A stretch of 63,509 bases of DNA, filler included, from Asterionella formosa (taxonomy: Eukaryota): NCBI GenBank assembly GCA_002256025.1. It is 20 parts of 20 records of this genome, joined end to end, with 100 filler letters (N's around TTAATTAATTAA, not from the genome) between each part and the next. Parts side by side here need not be neighbours in the genome. Positions count along the whole stretch, not along the records: positions 9,564 to 12,649 come from NKIB01014500.1; positions 12,750 to 15,835 come from NKIB01014501.1; positions 15,936 to 19,021 come from NKIB01014502.1; positions 19,122 to 22,205 come from NKIB01014503.1; positions 22,306 to 25,388 come from NKIB01014505.1; 15 more parts are not named here. One strand, written 5' to 3'. This document shows positions 11,923-25,218 of this stretch, in pieces (the first letter of the stretch is position 1; each line of letters opens with the position of its first letter). The position numbers and the translations under genes were made by a program. A model generated the notes under the pieces. It saw only the letters and a list, made by a program, of their open reading frames with translations, was not told the DNA's origin and searched no databases.

Positions 11923-12649
11923 TTAATCACAATCGAGCTTAATTGCGGAACAGTAGCTACCACAGTTGCAAATCAGCGGTGGGCAAAAAATTATTGTTGC
12001 AATATTACATGCTTCTGTTGGAACTGGCCCTGTAAAATTGTTCTTTCCAAAATTTAATGTGGCTGTCAAGAAAGTGAAATTTTAGAACAAATGGTCAAGA
12101 AATGTCAGTTTCAGATAAACTAAACTTACTCAATGATGACATGAGACCAATTTCTGTGGGAATTGCACCAGTAAACATATTGGAATGAATCTGAAAATTA
12201 TTGAGACTTGTCAAATTGCCAATTTCCGTTGGAAGTGCACCAGTCAACTGATTATTAAATAGATGCAATAATGTAAGACTTGTCAAGAATCCAATTTCTG
12301 AAGGAAGTGTTCCATTGAAATGGTTTGTGCTTGCAGCAAATAATGCCATATTTTTCAAATTGCCAATTTCTGTCGGAAGTGCACCAGTCAACTGGTTTTC
12401 CCAAAGAACTAATACTGTTAGACCTGTCAAGAATCCAATCTCTGTAGGAACTGTGCCAAAGAGACGGTTGGAATTTGCTCTAAAATCAATGATATTTTTC
12501 AAAAAGCCAATTTCTGAAGGAAGCGGACCAGTCAACTGGTTTTCCTGTACATACAATGATGTTAGACCTCTCAGGTATCCAATCTCTGTAGGAAGTGTAC
12601 CAAAGAGACTGTTGGAATTTGCTTTAAAATCAATGAGATTTGTCAAATA
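11923..12649 (-). CDS. Leucine-rich repeat protein, 5'-partial, join(complement 12130..12649, 11923..12062)
   Basis: 24-aa repeats of the N.LTG.LP.EIG.L type. A 67-bp GT-AG intron (12063-12129) gives the in-frame last exon TTLNFGKNNFTGPVPTEAC..CNCGSYC..CD*. Confidence 0.85.
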
Positions 12650-13610
12650 NNNNNNNNNNNNNNNNNNNNNNNNNNNNNNNNNNNNNNNNNNNNTTAATTA
12701 ATTAANNNNNNNNNNNNNNNNNNNNNNNNNNNNNNNNNNNNNNNNNNNNCACTTGTTGATACTTGCCCCTATGCTCCCGAGAAAATAGCAAAGAATGGCA
12801 CTTTGTCGACAATTCAGATAGCCATCCAAACAAGGAGTGCTGACACTTTGAAAATCAAATCCGGTTGAATGAGCCCAAGAACATTTGCTCTAATATTGGA
12901 AGATTTTCTGGGTTGAACCAACTACAGGTGGAGGGGTCTAGCTCAACTATTACAGCTTTATCAACCCCCAATGGCTCCTTGCCCTCAATCAACTTCAATA
13001 TTATATAGATATAGATATTATTGAATAGTTTCTTAGTTGGTTAGCTCACCTGAACAATTAAGGTTGGCGCAAAGTACGTAGTGATACGTAGCAGTACAGT
13101 AGAGTGGTGACTAGTCATTATAGCATGCAGGCATTGGCAATAGAGTGAAAGTGCCTGTTAGTTAGCAATAGTGAAAGCATGAAGTGAGTCCTCAATCTCG
13201 CTCACTCTTTTTACAATTAATCCTTTTAATAAATCTTTACTTTTTTACCCTTTATCTAAGTAAGTCACTATGTCGGAATTCACACAGCGATTTTGATTTG
13301 GTTTATTAGACCCATTGTAGGAAGCGAGAGCGATGCTAGAGGAAAGAGGATCAAGCAAGCGAAAAGGAACCAAATGGTGAATGAATTTTAGCGATGCGAT
13401 GTTGCCAAAGTGTCGATATTTCCGGATGCACCAGCGACAACTGGATGCGGGCTCTGGAAGCACATGACAACCGGATAGAGGAAGGGAATCCTTCTCGATC
13501 CCTAGCGCAGCGAGTGACCAAAGCAAGACTTATCATCTCATCAGGCATTAGCGAAACGTGAAGCCCCTCATGCACTAACATGATATTCATATATATAACA
13601 GAACGACAAG

Positions 13611-14720
13611 ATGGCCAAAGTGCCAGTTGCTCCGATTGTGAATGAAGGTCCACCAATTATGTTGATAGGCATTGACAAAGTACTCCAGGTGATTGGGTTT
13701 GAATCAGAAGTCGAAAGGGCCGGCATCATGCAGGCAGGGATGGGCCGATTCGAAGATTTCCGTTACCTTGTGGAGAAGGATATCCACAATATGGCGGATG
13801 AGTTTGGCAAGCATACTCAGGCAAATGGACGGATTGTCTTTGGACTAGGACGCACTAAGAAGCTGACTGGTGTTATGCATTGGGTACTACAGGACTGTCA
13901 TAAAGCGAGCGACATTCCAAACCATGAAAATTTTGATGAAGAAATGATGTATGAGGCCCTCAGTTTGGCTCAAATTCGTAAATCCGACATTGAATTGGTT
14001 ACCACCAACTCAAAGGCAGCTGATCCAGGAAAATTCAAGGATGAATGTAAATGGCCTGAATGGGAGAAGGCATTCATTAACTACTTATCGGTCAACCCTG
14101 GAGTAAATGGCATTCCACTGTCATATGTTGTCCAAGAGCTAGAAAACCCCACCCCAGGAACAGAGTATGCTACATTCAATGAATGGATGATCAATTGAGC
14201 ATTGCTTAATGGGCAGTATTACATAGCCAATACGAGGCGAGTGCACAATCTTATGATTGCGTTCTTGCAAGGAGAGAACACTGAGAACTGGATATGCAAC
14301 ATTGCCAAGTACCAAGATGCCAGGCATGACATGATTGCGTTGCATCGCCACTATGCTGGTGAAGGAAACAACACTAGGAGAATAGCTGATGCAAAGTGGA
14401 CCCAAAATACCTTGCACTACAAAACTGAACAAGCTCTACCATTCAACAAGTTCCTAGATTCTTTACAGCAGATGTTTACCATTTTTTAGGAAGAAAATGA
14501 ACCATTAACTGAGAGAACCAAAGTTGATGAGCTTCTTACAAAAGAGGGAACTCTGTATTAGCAGCAGCAGTATCACAACTAAGGTATCAGTTGAATACAG
14601 ATGGGATCACTTTTACTGTTGCTGCTAACCATTTAAACTCTGAGATTTCTCAAACTCTGGATTATCAAATGTGTAGAAAAATTAGTGGTGGCCGTCGTGG
14701 TGGTAGTGGCGGGCGAAACA
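13611..14720 (+). mobile_element. Ty1/Copia (CoDi-like) gag pseudogene
   Basis: DPGKFKDECKWPEWEKAFINYL..GVNGIPLSYVV..ALHRHYAGEGN. In-frame stops at about 14196 and 14487. Confidence 0.75.
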
Positions 14721-14721
14721 G

Positions 14722-15835
14722 TGGGTTGTTGCCCCTGAGTCAACAAGCCAGCTTTCATGTCCACTCTCTGTGACAGGGCTCATGGCTTTCAATGAATTTG
14801 TAGCAAAAACTTCCTCATCCCACATCCATTCTGCTCCATGGCTTGTTTTGTCCATCTGGTAAATAATTTCTTTCTCATCAACAATTCCTCTGCTCTCATC
14901 TTTGTCGACATTGTCACATTCTTCCTCATCACTTGTCTCACACATATCAGCCCAGCTCATGGTCTTTTTCTCTACTTTCTTCTTTCGGCTTTCACTTGTT
15001 GGATCTTGCTGTATTTTCTTGGTTTTCACTTAATTCTCTTATGTCATCCAAGACACTTCTCTTCTTCTTGTTAAAGTCTGCAATTTCTTGCAAAAGTTCA
15101 ATCGCAAATTTATTTGTGTCAAAATACTCTGTTTTAGCTTCTTGATACTTCTTGACATCATCCTCCCAGATATCAGCTCCATGGATTGTCATACCGACAA
15201 ACATACCAGACTCTTCCTTCTTTTGACAATCTCTTGCAATGTGTCCAAATCCACTGCAGCTGTAGCACTTCACATTTGGTTTTTCAATGTCTTTCTCTCC
15301 ACTGTTGTTGCTGTTGCCATTGCTTATGCCGTCTATTGCTCTGTGGCCTTGTCTTCCACACTTGTTGCATTTACCTTTGAAGGTTCTCCAGGCACCTTTT
15401 CCACTTGTAGTATTCAGAGCCAGTTGCTTTCCTCTTTCCTTGTTCTCCCTTTGATCTTGATTTTCGCGATATTGACGATTTTTGAATGGCTCCACAAACA
15501 TCTCATAATGGCCAATGATCTCAGCAATGAAGTCCTTATTGTCAAATCCTTTTGTACCAATCTTTCCATTTAGAGTTGTAATCACTGATTCATACCTTCT
15601 TTGTTTTGGTAGTCTTGCTAATATGGTTGCTTGCATTTGCTCTTTGCTGCATCTTGATCCGTTTTCGCACTTTTCCACTTCTCTCTTCAATTGTTCCATT
15701 TCGACAATCAAAAGGTAGGGATCACCTATGTCTGATTTCATGTAACACTTTTCAAATTTGGTTGTTGCCTTTACCAAATCTTTTGTCTTCTTTGAGCTGT
15801 ACCAGTCCTTGAGAGCTTGAAACATTTGGTATGCT
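14722..15835 (-). mobile_element. Ty1/Copia gag-protease fragment (different lineage)
   Basis: Zinc knuckles CNKCGRQGH and CYSCSGFGHIARDC, protease motif WLVDSGATTH. Frameshift near 15020. Confidence 0.8.
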
Positions 15836-16331
15836 NNNNNNNNNNNNNNNNNNNNNNNNNNNNNNNNNNNNNNNNNNNNTTAATTAATTAANNNNNNNNN
15901 NNNNNNNNNNNNNNNNNNNNNNNNNNNNNNNNNNNAGCTAAATAAATTTAGTATCAGCAATATTACGGCAACTTGCAGGTGTCATGCAGTGCCCGGATTA
16001 CGAAGATTGAGTCGCCCGGATACCTGTTGGGCGTTTAATTTAATCTTCCTATTTTCGTCCCTTGACGGCTAAATAACTCGCAAGATTCGTTCGCTCAAAT
16101 ATTTCTGGAGACCTTTACAAAATTTACTGCGGTGCTTGCGGAAACTAAAATCATTTTCACTTCTTGTGTTTCCAACTCCTTGATGAATGCTTCGTTCCTA
16201 TGCTATCGACAGCTACACTATAGAGCAAGGTTCCCTTCATGGCGTCACGAGAGATTATAGAAGAAACGTTGAAGGAATAACTATTCTACATACACACAAA
16301 AAAGAGCACTAATTATAGTTGTACCGACCAA

Positions 16332-17659
16332 ATGATTTGTGGTAAGACTTGTAAAAAGGGAGGAGGCGGATTTCCAGTGACCTTTTGGAAAGGCTTTGTT
16401 GCTTGTGCTCTTTTCATCACTATTGCCTATCATCTATACTTCTCAAGCGCAGCAGTTATCAGCCATCATCATGTCAGGTTGCAATCTTCATTTGATAATT
16501 CGAAATTGTCAAAACCCTCCGACTTGAACATCCAGTCGATTACGAGCAATGCCACAACCGATGTTGCATTCACATCCAGCCACAATACTTCAACTAATGG
16601 AGGCAATATATTACTACAATACTCCAACGATGAGGGCATGAATACTGGTAGGGAACCACTTGTTTTAGATTCAGCAGTAGACGATGATACAACAATCATT
16701 GTCACATCCAATCTGATTCCATCTCATCCAAGAATTCGAATGATCAACGAAACCATCCAATCATTGTTCCAGAATGCAATTGGGTTACACGAAAGTAGCC
16801 ATATTATCATTACTATCGACATTTTACCAATGGTACATTCAGAAGACGACAAACAACGATACAACCAATACATTGCAAATCTAAAACTTGAATTTACGAA
16901 TCCCACGTCGAGACGACGAGTTACGATTCTTCCCTTGACACATGACCAAAAAAATATCACACAAAATGAACAAAAACGGTATCGAGGTCTCAGTTGGAAT
17001 CTTTTTCATGCACTTGAACGTGTTCAAACTCCATTTGTGTATGTGATTCAACATGACATGCCCTTTCGGAAGAAATTTAATCATAGTGGAATAATCAAAA
17101 CTATGAAGGAGTATCCGAATGATCTTCGTCTGGTTAGGTTTTCTCGTCAAAGGAACGGTCAAGATGTTGGGGCGAACAAAGCTGGAACCTGTTGGAATGC
17201 ATCATCTCCTGTGAATTTCATCAATGGAATACAATTTATCAAGACACCTGGGTGGTCAGACAAGTAAGTGCTGATGAGTTGCTGGGATTGGTTGTCGAAA
17301 ATCTCAATGCGCATAATGTTTATATGTGTGTTTGTGTAATATTCTTCAATTGTTTTTGGTTTGGGTTCCATTCACTAACATATGAAAATCATCATGTTCT
17401 TTTTATTAATCCTCATTCCTTTTCAACAACATTTATTAGCAACCAGATTGGACAAAAGGCATATTATGATGAAATTTTCGAACGATTCATTGTTCCAGCA
17501 CGTCGACATATCACTATGGAGTTTGTCATGAGAGCTGTCGCCATTATTGAAAATTGTAGTCAATGGGGACCTTTTCTTTATAGTCAATCAAATACCGACG
17601 GTTGGTACATTGGCCATTTAAATGGACGTTTGACACCAGAATACCGACGTATGATATAG
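16332..17659 (+). CDS. Type II membrane glycosyltransferase-like protein, join(16332..17263,17440..17659)
   Basis: N-terminal TM helix and Ser/Thr stem, TIIVTSNLIPSHP, YVIQHDMPF. A 176-bp GTAAGT..TAG intron restores WSDNNQI and fuses the two tracked ORFs. Confidence 0.7.
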
Positions 17660-17973
17660 ACTATATACATGCTACTTTCTTTTTGCTATGAAATCTGATT
17701 GTAAGAAACCCATGTGATATAAAAATATATAATGTATCGTAACATGATCATTCATATCTCTGCCGGATAAAATAATAAAATTCAAGATGTCCTCCAAAGT
17801 TGACTAGACTATATACACAAAGTTCCAGTCCAAAGCCATTTCCTTGAAAACCTTTCAAACTCTGATTATATATATATATATATCAATGCTCTTTTGCTGT
17901 GTCGATACAATTACTATTTAGTATCCACCACAAGAGATAAACGAGATCAAAAAGGCCTCACTTTGGTATTTTT

Positions 17974-18903
17974 CTATACCACTTGCTGTGCCTGCCCAGG
18001 ACGATATGGATAACACAAAACCACTGTATCACCTCGCACTAATATTCGACGCAACTGACGTTTTGTTTTTCGTGGTATTCCTTCATGGTTGTTGTTGCTG
18101 CTGCTATTGTCAGTCACTACTACTACTTCCACTGCATCTTTCAAAAATAAATTAAAATGTGCATCAAATCCCAACAACTGTCCCGTGAGTCTTCCTCGGA
18201 TGCCATGAATGTTTCGTGTAATAACTACAATTCGTTGTCGTAGTGTCTTGTATAATACTGATAATGGTCCAATGGAATGAGATTCAGCAATTGTTGACAA
18301 TATGGAAGAGGGAGGTGGCCTTTTTAGATTACAATTTGTAACCAACGACGTTTTGGTTGTGGCAGTACGATGCAATGGATCACAATCTGGTAAATAATGA
18401 GGAAATTTGGAAATGTTGTCTAATAAAAGACTCGCAGATAGTGATGGATTGATCTGTTGCATGCTCGTTTCATCTGTGTCTTGATGATATAAGGCAGCCA
18501 TGGGATCAAACGTTGGGGAAGTAAATGAAATATCATCTAATAGAACTGGTTTCGTTGCATACCATTCTTCGTCATGACAACAAGATGATGACTGTTGTTG
18601 TATTGCCTTTGTTATTGATGTACTTGTGACTGCTTCTGCCAATAACAAACGAACGGTAGTACCATACTTTTTCGCCAATTTGAATGCCAACGCTCGTTCT
18701 CCTTCGTGCGAACCACCGAATTTGTCATAAATGAGTTTGAATTTTGTTTGCCATTCTTGTGAATCAGAAATTTGATCTGGAGCTATGAGTTTGTAGTAAT
18801 CTTCAAGTCGACGACGAAGTGATGGTTTGCCAAGATTAATAAGAGAACTAATATTACTGGATCGGTGAATGCTGCTGCCGTCGTCGTCGTTGTCGTCGGA
18901 CAT
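17974..18903 (-). CDS. LSM11: Lsm11-like (U7 snRNP-type Sm-like) protein
   Basis: FDPMAALY N-terminal motif, GPLSVL..IRGRLTGQLLGFDAHFNLFLKD (Sm1) and RQLRRILVRGDTVVL (Sm2). Confidence 0.7.
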   Translation of the reverse strand: MSDDNDDDGSSIHRSSNISSLINLGKPSLRRRLEDYYKLIAPDQISDSQEWQTKFKLIYDKFGGSHEGERALAFKLAKKYGTTVRLLLAEAVTSTSITKAIQQQSSSCCHDEEWYATKPVLLDDISFTSPTFDPMAALYHQDTDETSMQQINPSLSASLLLDNISKFPHYLPDCDPLHRTATTKTSLVTNCNLKRPPPSSILSTIAESHSIGPLSVLYKTLRQRIVVITRNIHGIRGRLTGQLLGFDAHFNLFLKDAVEVVVVTDNSSSNNNHEGIPRKTKRQLRRILVRGDTVVLCYPYRPGQAQQVV

Positions 18904-19121
18904 CTTTGTTAACTAACTGGAACGTAGTGTGTAGAATTTAATTCCCAGGTAAACTCGTACAGGTAATGGAAGCTACCGGTAGTGCAAGTAGTGAACAGTA
19001 CCTGGTACCTGGTACCAGGTTNNNNNNNNNNNNNNNNNNNNNNNNNNNNNNNNNNNNNNNNNNNNTTAATTAATTAANNNNNNNNNNNNNNNNNNNNNNN
19101 NNNNNNNNNNNNNNNNNNNNN

Positions 19122-22100
19122 CCCCACCACCATAACCTCCTTCACCAACTCAAGGAGCAAATGGATCATTGACGTCCATTAAATCCTAGAATCATACCCA
19201 CTAAACCCCCCCCCCCTTTTTCCTCTTCTTTCTTCTTGCTTTTTCTTCTTTTCTCCATCGATTAATTGCCTCAATAATGACCTATGGTACAGTTAACCTT
19301 ATAGGCTCCTCTATACAGACAATATACCGGTACTTGTTTTCTCTCACTGTACCGGTAGAGATTTACACAATACACAATACACAATGCACAATGTGTATGT
19401 ATACCTGGTACCTGGTACCAGTAAAAAACTGCTGTGACCCACTAAAAAAAATTGGAACCGCTGAGACCCACTGAACAGGAGAAAAACACGGTTTGACCCT
19501 ACCAAATGCAGATTTGTTAATTTTAAAACTTAGACCCAAATCCTGAGCATGTACGCTTTAAGGCTACCGGTATGCCATTAGATATAAGTTTATAGCAATT
19601 GGTTTCTCCTAAAATATTGGTTGAAAAGTGCGATCGACGAAAATATTGCCAGAACACGGATTACCCCATGTTTTGAGGACTCACTGTTATATGATATACG
19701 CAGCTTGATACAAAAATATCGCCTTCGATTTATTTGTTGTATGATTCCTGTCATATCCTTATCCCTGTCACTTGATAGTGCCTAAGTAACTTGAGCATCA
19801 TAAAATAAGCGCCCTTTCACCCATACACTTGAAAGGAAATGTGAACATACCACCAGTATAGAATTTTTAGCTCATAATATGCATCCAAACTATGGCAAAA
19901 AAGAAATCGAATGTGCCTTCGGGCAAGTCGGCTCAGTCTATTAGCAGCACAAACAAAGCCAGGATGATTGAACATTGCCTATTAAACATCTCTACAAATA
20001 TGGAAGTGTTGAAAGCGAACAATAATGGAAAACTACCATATGGCGCAATTTCTCGTGCTGTGCACGATGTACAAGAACTTGTCCCATGGGTGACTACCAG
20101 AAAGTGAAATACTTTCTAAGGAAAATGAGGTTATCTGGTGGCACCAGTAGCTACCAGCACGGACAAACAGCCTGCTGAGGAGGATGTGCATGAAGAATCA
20201 CAAGAAAGCGAAATATCTATGCTGACAATGGAAGGTGTAGAAAATTACAGCTATAGCAGAAAAATTCATTATCATTCTTCCATTAATACTATGATTATGT
20301 CTACAAGTTCTAGTTTGCCTCCTGCCAGCACTACTACTGCATCAACTGAAAGCAGCAGCACCATTTCTGCCACTACAACCCTGCCCTATGGTGGTCGTCA
20401 AAAGGGAACAACCGCAGTAGCCAGCTCCATCATGGCAGAAAAAGTGAAAGAATGTATTTCCAATTCGGCAGCAGAATATATGAGGGTGAGAGAAGAGGGA
20501 AAAGAAAAAGGAGGAGGAGAATCACGAGTAAAGAGAAATACACTTGAGTGTATAATATTGAGAGAAAAGGAGGCGCTTGGAATTCCTCCTGCTGTCAATA
20601 TTAATTTCGAAACAGTTAGAACACGTGCAAAAAGAAAAAACAATCAAGGAACAAACACAGCTTGCATCTCACCTATGCTTAAAGTGGAACCTTACATTGT
20701 GGAGCTCATTGATCAGTTGGGTAAAATGCGTCCGCCCATCACATGCCAAGAGGGAGCGACTGCAACTTGCAAATTCACTTCTTGGGAAAAAAGATTTGCG
20801 AGATTACGCACAAACAAAAAAGCGGTAGCAGAGCGAGGCTGGGGACCTTTGAACTATAATTGTTTGTTGAATCCTGAAATACAGCTGACGAAATTTGGTG
20901 TTGTCCCATTGAATTGAATCTCACACATCAACAGAACCTCTATTACACCTGACCAGCTCAACCTGCAAGAAGGACTTTCAGGAACTCTTACAAATCAAAT
21001 TGTTGAATACATAAACAGAGAAGATGTGCGAAATGGTAATGATGCAGCAGAACATGCCAGGAAAAGAAAGCAAACAGCACAAGCAACAATCGACACACAC
21101 AAATGAATGACCAAAGGACTGCACTTTGCTGTTGGAAACACTTGTCTAGGACCACCGCTTTTTGAGCATATGCTGGAAATCAAACGCCGGCATGAAATCC
21201 AAGAACAAAACAAGGAGCAGAAATTGAATCAACGGTTTTTTTAATTGTCACAGAAGGTACAGGCCATCAGAGAGACTGGAAAGGAAGCTGGAAGCTACAA
21301 CGTAGCTGAACTGAAAAAGTGGTGACATGGTACAAGCGCAACGGCGATGCGCCGCTTCCAATAACCAGACAGAACTTGTTGGCAAGATATTTGGAGACTT
21401 GTTGCCGTGGATAAAAGGATTCTCCATATCCAATTCGGCCTCTTTGTGCTTGTGGGAGGGCAGGAGCTTAGTAGGGATGAGGGCGATATTGCAGTGGTGT
21501 TGATAGGCGCAAGCATTCCATGTGGCTGAATGCATTTGCGTGTGATAGTGATATAAATACTGGATGCGAAAATTCTTAAAAATAATTTTGCGAAAACCAA
21601 ACGGGGTAATCTGTGATCATAATGGTATATAAAATTATATACTACAATTATATATAAAAATTTAAGTACTTCTGTGACCCATTACCGGCAAATTTTGTCC
21701 ACATAAAAGGGTTCGTATCTCAGTACCTCGACCTTCAATGAGAATACCGACAGATCCACAACCTGCTGACTCCTTTGGTTAACAAGACCTGGAAGTTTGA
21801 TTCTCGCAAGGCATGGAAAAGGTTTAGTCGAACTAATCAAACGAATAGGAGAACTCAGTGGGTCACAGCAGTTCTTTACTGGTACCACGTCAACCATAAG
21901 TGAAAGGTGTACCTTATTACATTACGCACACGACTACCATAAAACCTATACGTAGTACATAAACATGTACAAGATAGTGATCATGATAAGTATGTGATGT
22001 TACACACAGCCACGGTTACTAGAATGGAGCTCGTAGTACATATTGCAATCATGTACCCGCAGCTATACGTTACATGATAACTATTGGTACAGATGTATCT

Positions 22101-22205
22101 CTAGAATAGACGTACCAATGCTAGGCTAAAACATGACACCTAGCATGGACTCTTGACACCTATTACATGCCCTTCTCATCAAGACCCTTGTGAGTCCCCT
22201 TGGAC
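19122..22205 (+). repeat. Near-identical reverse-complement copy of contig 3193-6276
   Basis: Same length (3084) and same ends. The differences I could see correspond to about 3670-4340. Confidence 0.95.
19418..21882 (+). mobile_element. Pogo-like transposon, second copy or allele
   Basis: Same TIRs, with TA at 19416-17 and 21883-84. Confidence 0.8.
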
Positions 22206-22307
22206 NNNNNNNNNNNNNNNNNNNNNNNNNNNNNNNNNNNNNNNNNNNNTTAATTAATTAANNNNNNNNNNNNNNNNNNNNNNNNNNNNNNNNNNNNNNN
22301 NNNNNTC

Positions 22308-22466
22308 CGACTAAGAGTTGCGCGGGAGGAACTGGAAGAACTCGAAAATAAAGATTATGACTCTTCAAGTTCTGACATTGTCCAAGCTCGTTTAGAAATT
22401 GCATTGTGTAAAAGAAAGCGTGATCAGGTCTTCAATCTCTGGTCTCAAGGTGACACATTGAAATGA
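22308..22466 (+). CDS. C-terminus of a convergent ORF, probably the Harbinger accessory ORF
   Basis: Open from the contig edge, RLRVAREELEELENKD..DTLK*. Ends tail-to-tail with the transposase. Confidence 0.35.
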   Translation, partial: RLRVAREELEELENKDYDSSSSDIVQARLEIALCKRKRDQVFNLWSQGDTLK

Positions 22467-22494
22467 ATATTTTTTTTCAACAATCAATTATAAT

Positions 22495-23983
22495 CTACAT
22501 TAAATTTAATTCATGTAATTCCAACCTTTTTCTTTCAATATTACCTGGAGGTCTTTGCAAACCCATGTTAGCAATTCTTTCAAGAATAACATCTCGAATG
22601 ACAGAAGTACCAGGCATTACATCCAATTTCTCAACCGTTGGCAAATATCCCCAACCAAGTGGAGAATTGTAGACTGGGGTGATTTCAGCTAAAATCTCCT
22701 GGATGTCATCTGCCTCATCACTTCCAGGTAACCCAGAAATATCCTTATCAACTTTTTTTCGTCTATGACATAATTGTGCAAACGTGCACATACCTCAAGC
22801 ACTTTTGCAGTTGTTTCCAAGCCAGTTGTTAAGTTTCTTTTTAGAACAGCCCATTTTGTCTGTAACAAACCAAATGCCATCTCTATCCTAATCCGTAGCT
22901 GGGAAAGAAAGAAATTATAGGTATCTTGTGTTTGGTCATCACGCTGAAAACCAACAAATGGAACTAACATGACATCTGACAATGTATATGCTGAATCACC
23001 AACAAGATAAAAACCAGAATCAAATAATGCAGTTTTGTTGGGTAGAGCAGTTCTCTCAAATGCAACTTGATCACTGCATCGTCCAGGAGCAATTACCCCC
23101 AAAAAATATAAATCTACTCTCAACATCACAGATAGACTGAACATTGATACCATAAGTCATGTAATGTCCAGAATAAAAAGCTCCTGGATTGTTTCCACAG
23201 TCACGTAGCGTGGGGCGACTAATTGTGGCTAAAAAACCATCAATAGCACCAACAGACCCTCTGATCAACCCTTCTGTGTTCTTTTGTTCAAAGGCTGTAG
23301 CCAATTTCACCAAATCACTCCTTGTTTTAGGAAATATAATTTTCAGATAATCACAGTTAAGCACGGCTTTAAGAAATAAATCTCTGCATCTATAGATTGA
23401 AGCTATGCTACATCCATAGGCATGACGAATGTCAATGTAGCTGCCTCCAGCCAACCATCGAATGCAATGCCAATGGCCAGCACAATTTCTGGGTAAATGG
23501 GAGTAGCTGTACCGCACTTGGAGAAATTCCCAATGACATCACTCTCCAGCAAGTAAAAAAGTAAACCAACTTCTTAAAGTCTCGAAGGGACATTCTATAA
23601 GTCTTTTCAAAAACGTCCTCATGACACAGCTTCTTGACATGAGAATGCCATGACATTCTCTCATGCTCCCATTTCGCCTTCCTCTTTTTAACTTTCGTTT
23701 CAGCCTCCAGAGCCAGATGACAAAGGATAAAGAATTGATCATGGTCATTGTAATCAAAGAATTGATGGTTGTTTTCATTATCAAAAAAATGATTACTGAT
23801 GACATCATTACCATCATCATCATTGCCATCGTTGATATTCACGGCACCTTCTTCAGTCCAATGTTGATCCACTTGTTTGTCATTGTGCACTGACAATGAT
23901 GACATGGTGCTGATTGCTTGTAAACTTGAAAGGGGATGATGGCAAGCGGAAGTGTAAGAAGAAGTGTATAGAGGATCTTGCAT
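22495..23983 (-). pseudogene. PIF/Harbinger DDE_Tnp_4-type transposase, frameshifted
   Basis: FEKTYRMS, IRWLAGGSYIDI, GSVGAIDG, YLVGDSAY and FFLSQLRIRIEMAFGLL..CARLHNY are split over four ORFs. Confidence 0.88.
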
Positions 23984-24284
23984 GTCTGTGTTGACTCATG
24001 GCAAATCAAGAATTAAGCAGGTATGTCAGCTATATATTCCATACTGCTACATAATACGCGTAGTTTTCCTACATGGTTTTAGTAATGGAAAATTATCGAA
24101 ATAATCTGGAGGGAAGCCTGGAGGGATATGCACATGATTGTAGCCAGCCCGTAACCGTTGAATTTTCGTGATACTTTTCGGGTGATACAATTTCATTTTT
24201 ATTTTTGTGGAGAATGGACTTTTTTGGTTTAAATCGAGTAGCCGTTACATGATACTTTTTCAAAAAAAATGATACCAAATCGAA

Positions 24285-24304
24285 AATGATAAGAACGACC
24301 CTAA
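24285..24304 (-). mobile_element. PIF/Harbinger TIR plus TAA target site
   Basis: AATGATAAGAACGACCC (ends 24301) followed by TAA. Confidence 0.8.
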
Positions 24305-25218
24305 GGGTCGTTCTTATCATTCCGAATTTGCTGTATCATTTTCCGGGTTGTGGGCCAAAAATGACGGTTGGTATCAAAACACGGTATCAGCAACGGTAAC
24401 TTGATGGTATCAATTTTGTATCATTGATATCATTGATACAAAATTGATACCTTTTTTTGCCCCCTCCAAAAACGGTATCAGTGATACTGACGTTTTCACG
24501 CGGGTATCATTTCCGTTGTCACTGATAAAATAACCGAAAATACGCCTGCAGGGCAGTACTTTTATTGACATCTATACAAAAATTATTATGGTGTGCATCA
24601 AAGAAGCACAATACAATCATTATAGCGGCCGTGTGTGGTTATGTTCATCCACAACACCAAAGAACGAAAACCACTGAGTCGAGAATTGAACAGATTGAGT
24701 CATGTGCATAGAGACATACCTGCTATCTAATTACAGGTATCAGTACAAGGTACCTGGTACCCTGGTACCTGGTCCGGGAATTCATGACAAGGTACTAGGC
24801 AATAGAATACGAAAATGATCACGTGACTACGACATATACTAGCTGTGCAAATACTTTGGCTTTGGGTGTCACTACCAGTACATTCTACAATCACTCGTCC
24901 AGCACGTACTAGGCAATAGAATACGAAAATGATCACGTGACTACAACAAATACATGTCCAAATACAATTGACTATAGTAGTCCATATACATAATTCGCGT
25001 AGATTTCTTGCATGGTTTGAGGACTGGTTTGGCATCATTATGTACCGGTAGTCAGGAAGGAAAAGCACATGTTTGTACCCAGCCCGTAACCGTTGAATTT
25101 TCGTGATACTTTTTGGTGATAAAATTTCATTTTTATTTTTGTGGAGAATGGATTTTTTCGGTTACATGATACTTTTTCAAAACAAATGATACCAAATCGA
25201 AAATGATAAGAACGACCC
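24305..25218. mobile_element. Non-autonomous Harbinger (Tourist-like) element, 914 bp
   Basis: TIRs GGGTCGTTCTTATCATT / AATGATAAGAACGACCC, TAA on both sides. About 25080-25218 duplicates 24142-24301. Many GATAC/GTATC subterminal motifs. Confidence 0.8.

Noticed and set aside
3193..22205. Giant 3-kb inverted repeats enclosing 13 kb (Polinton- or virus-like)
   Set aside because: The arms are separate contigs, so their order and orientation are arbitrary.
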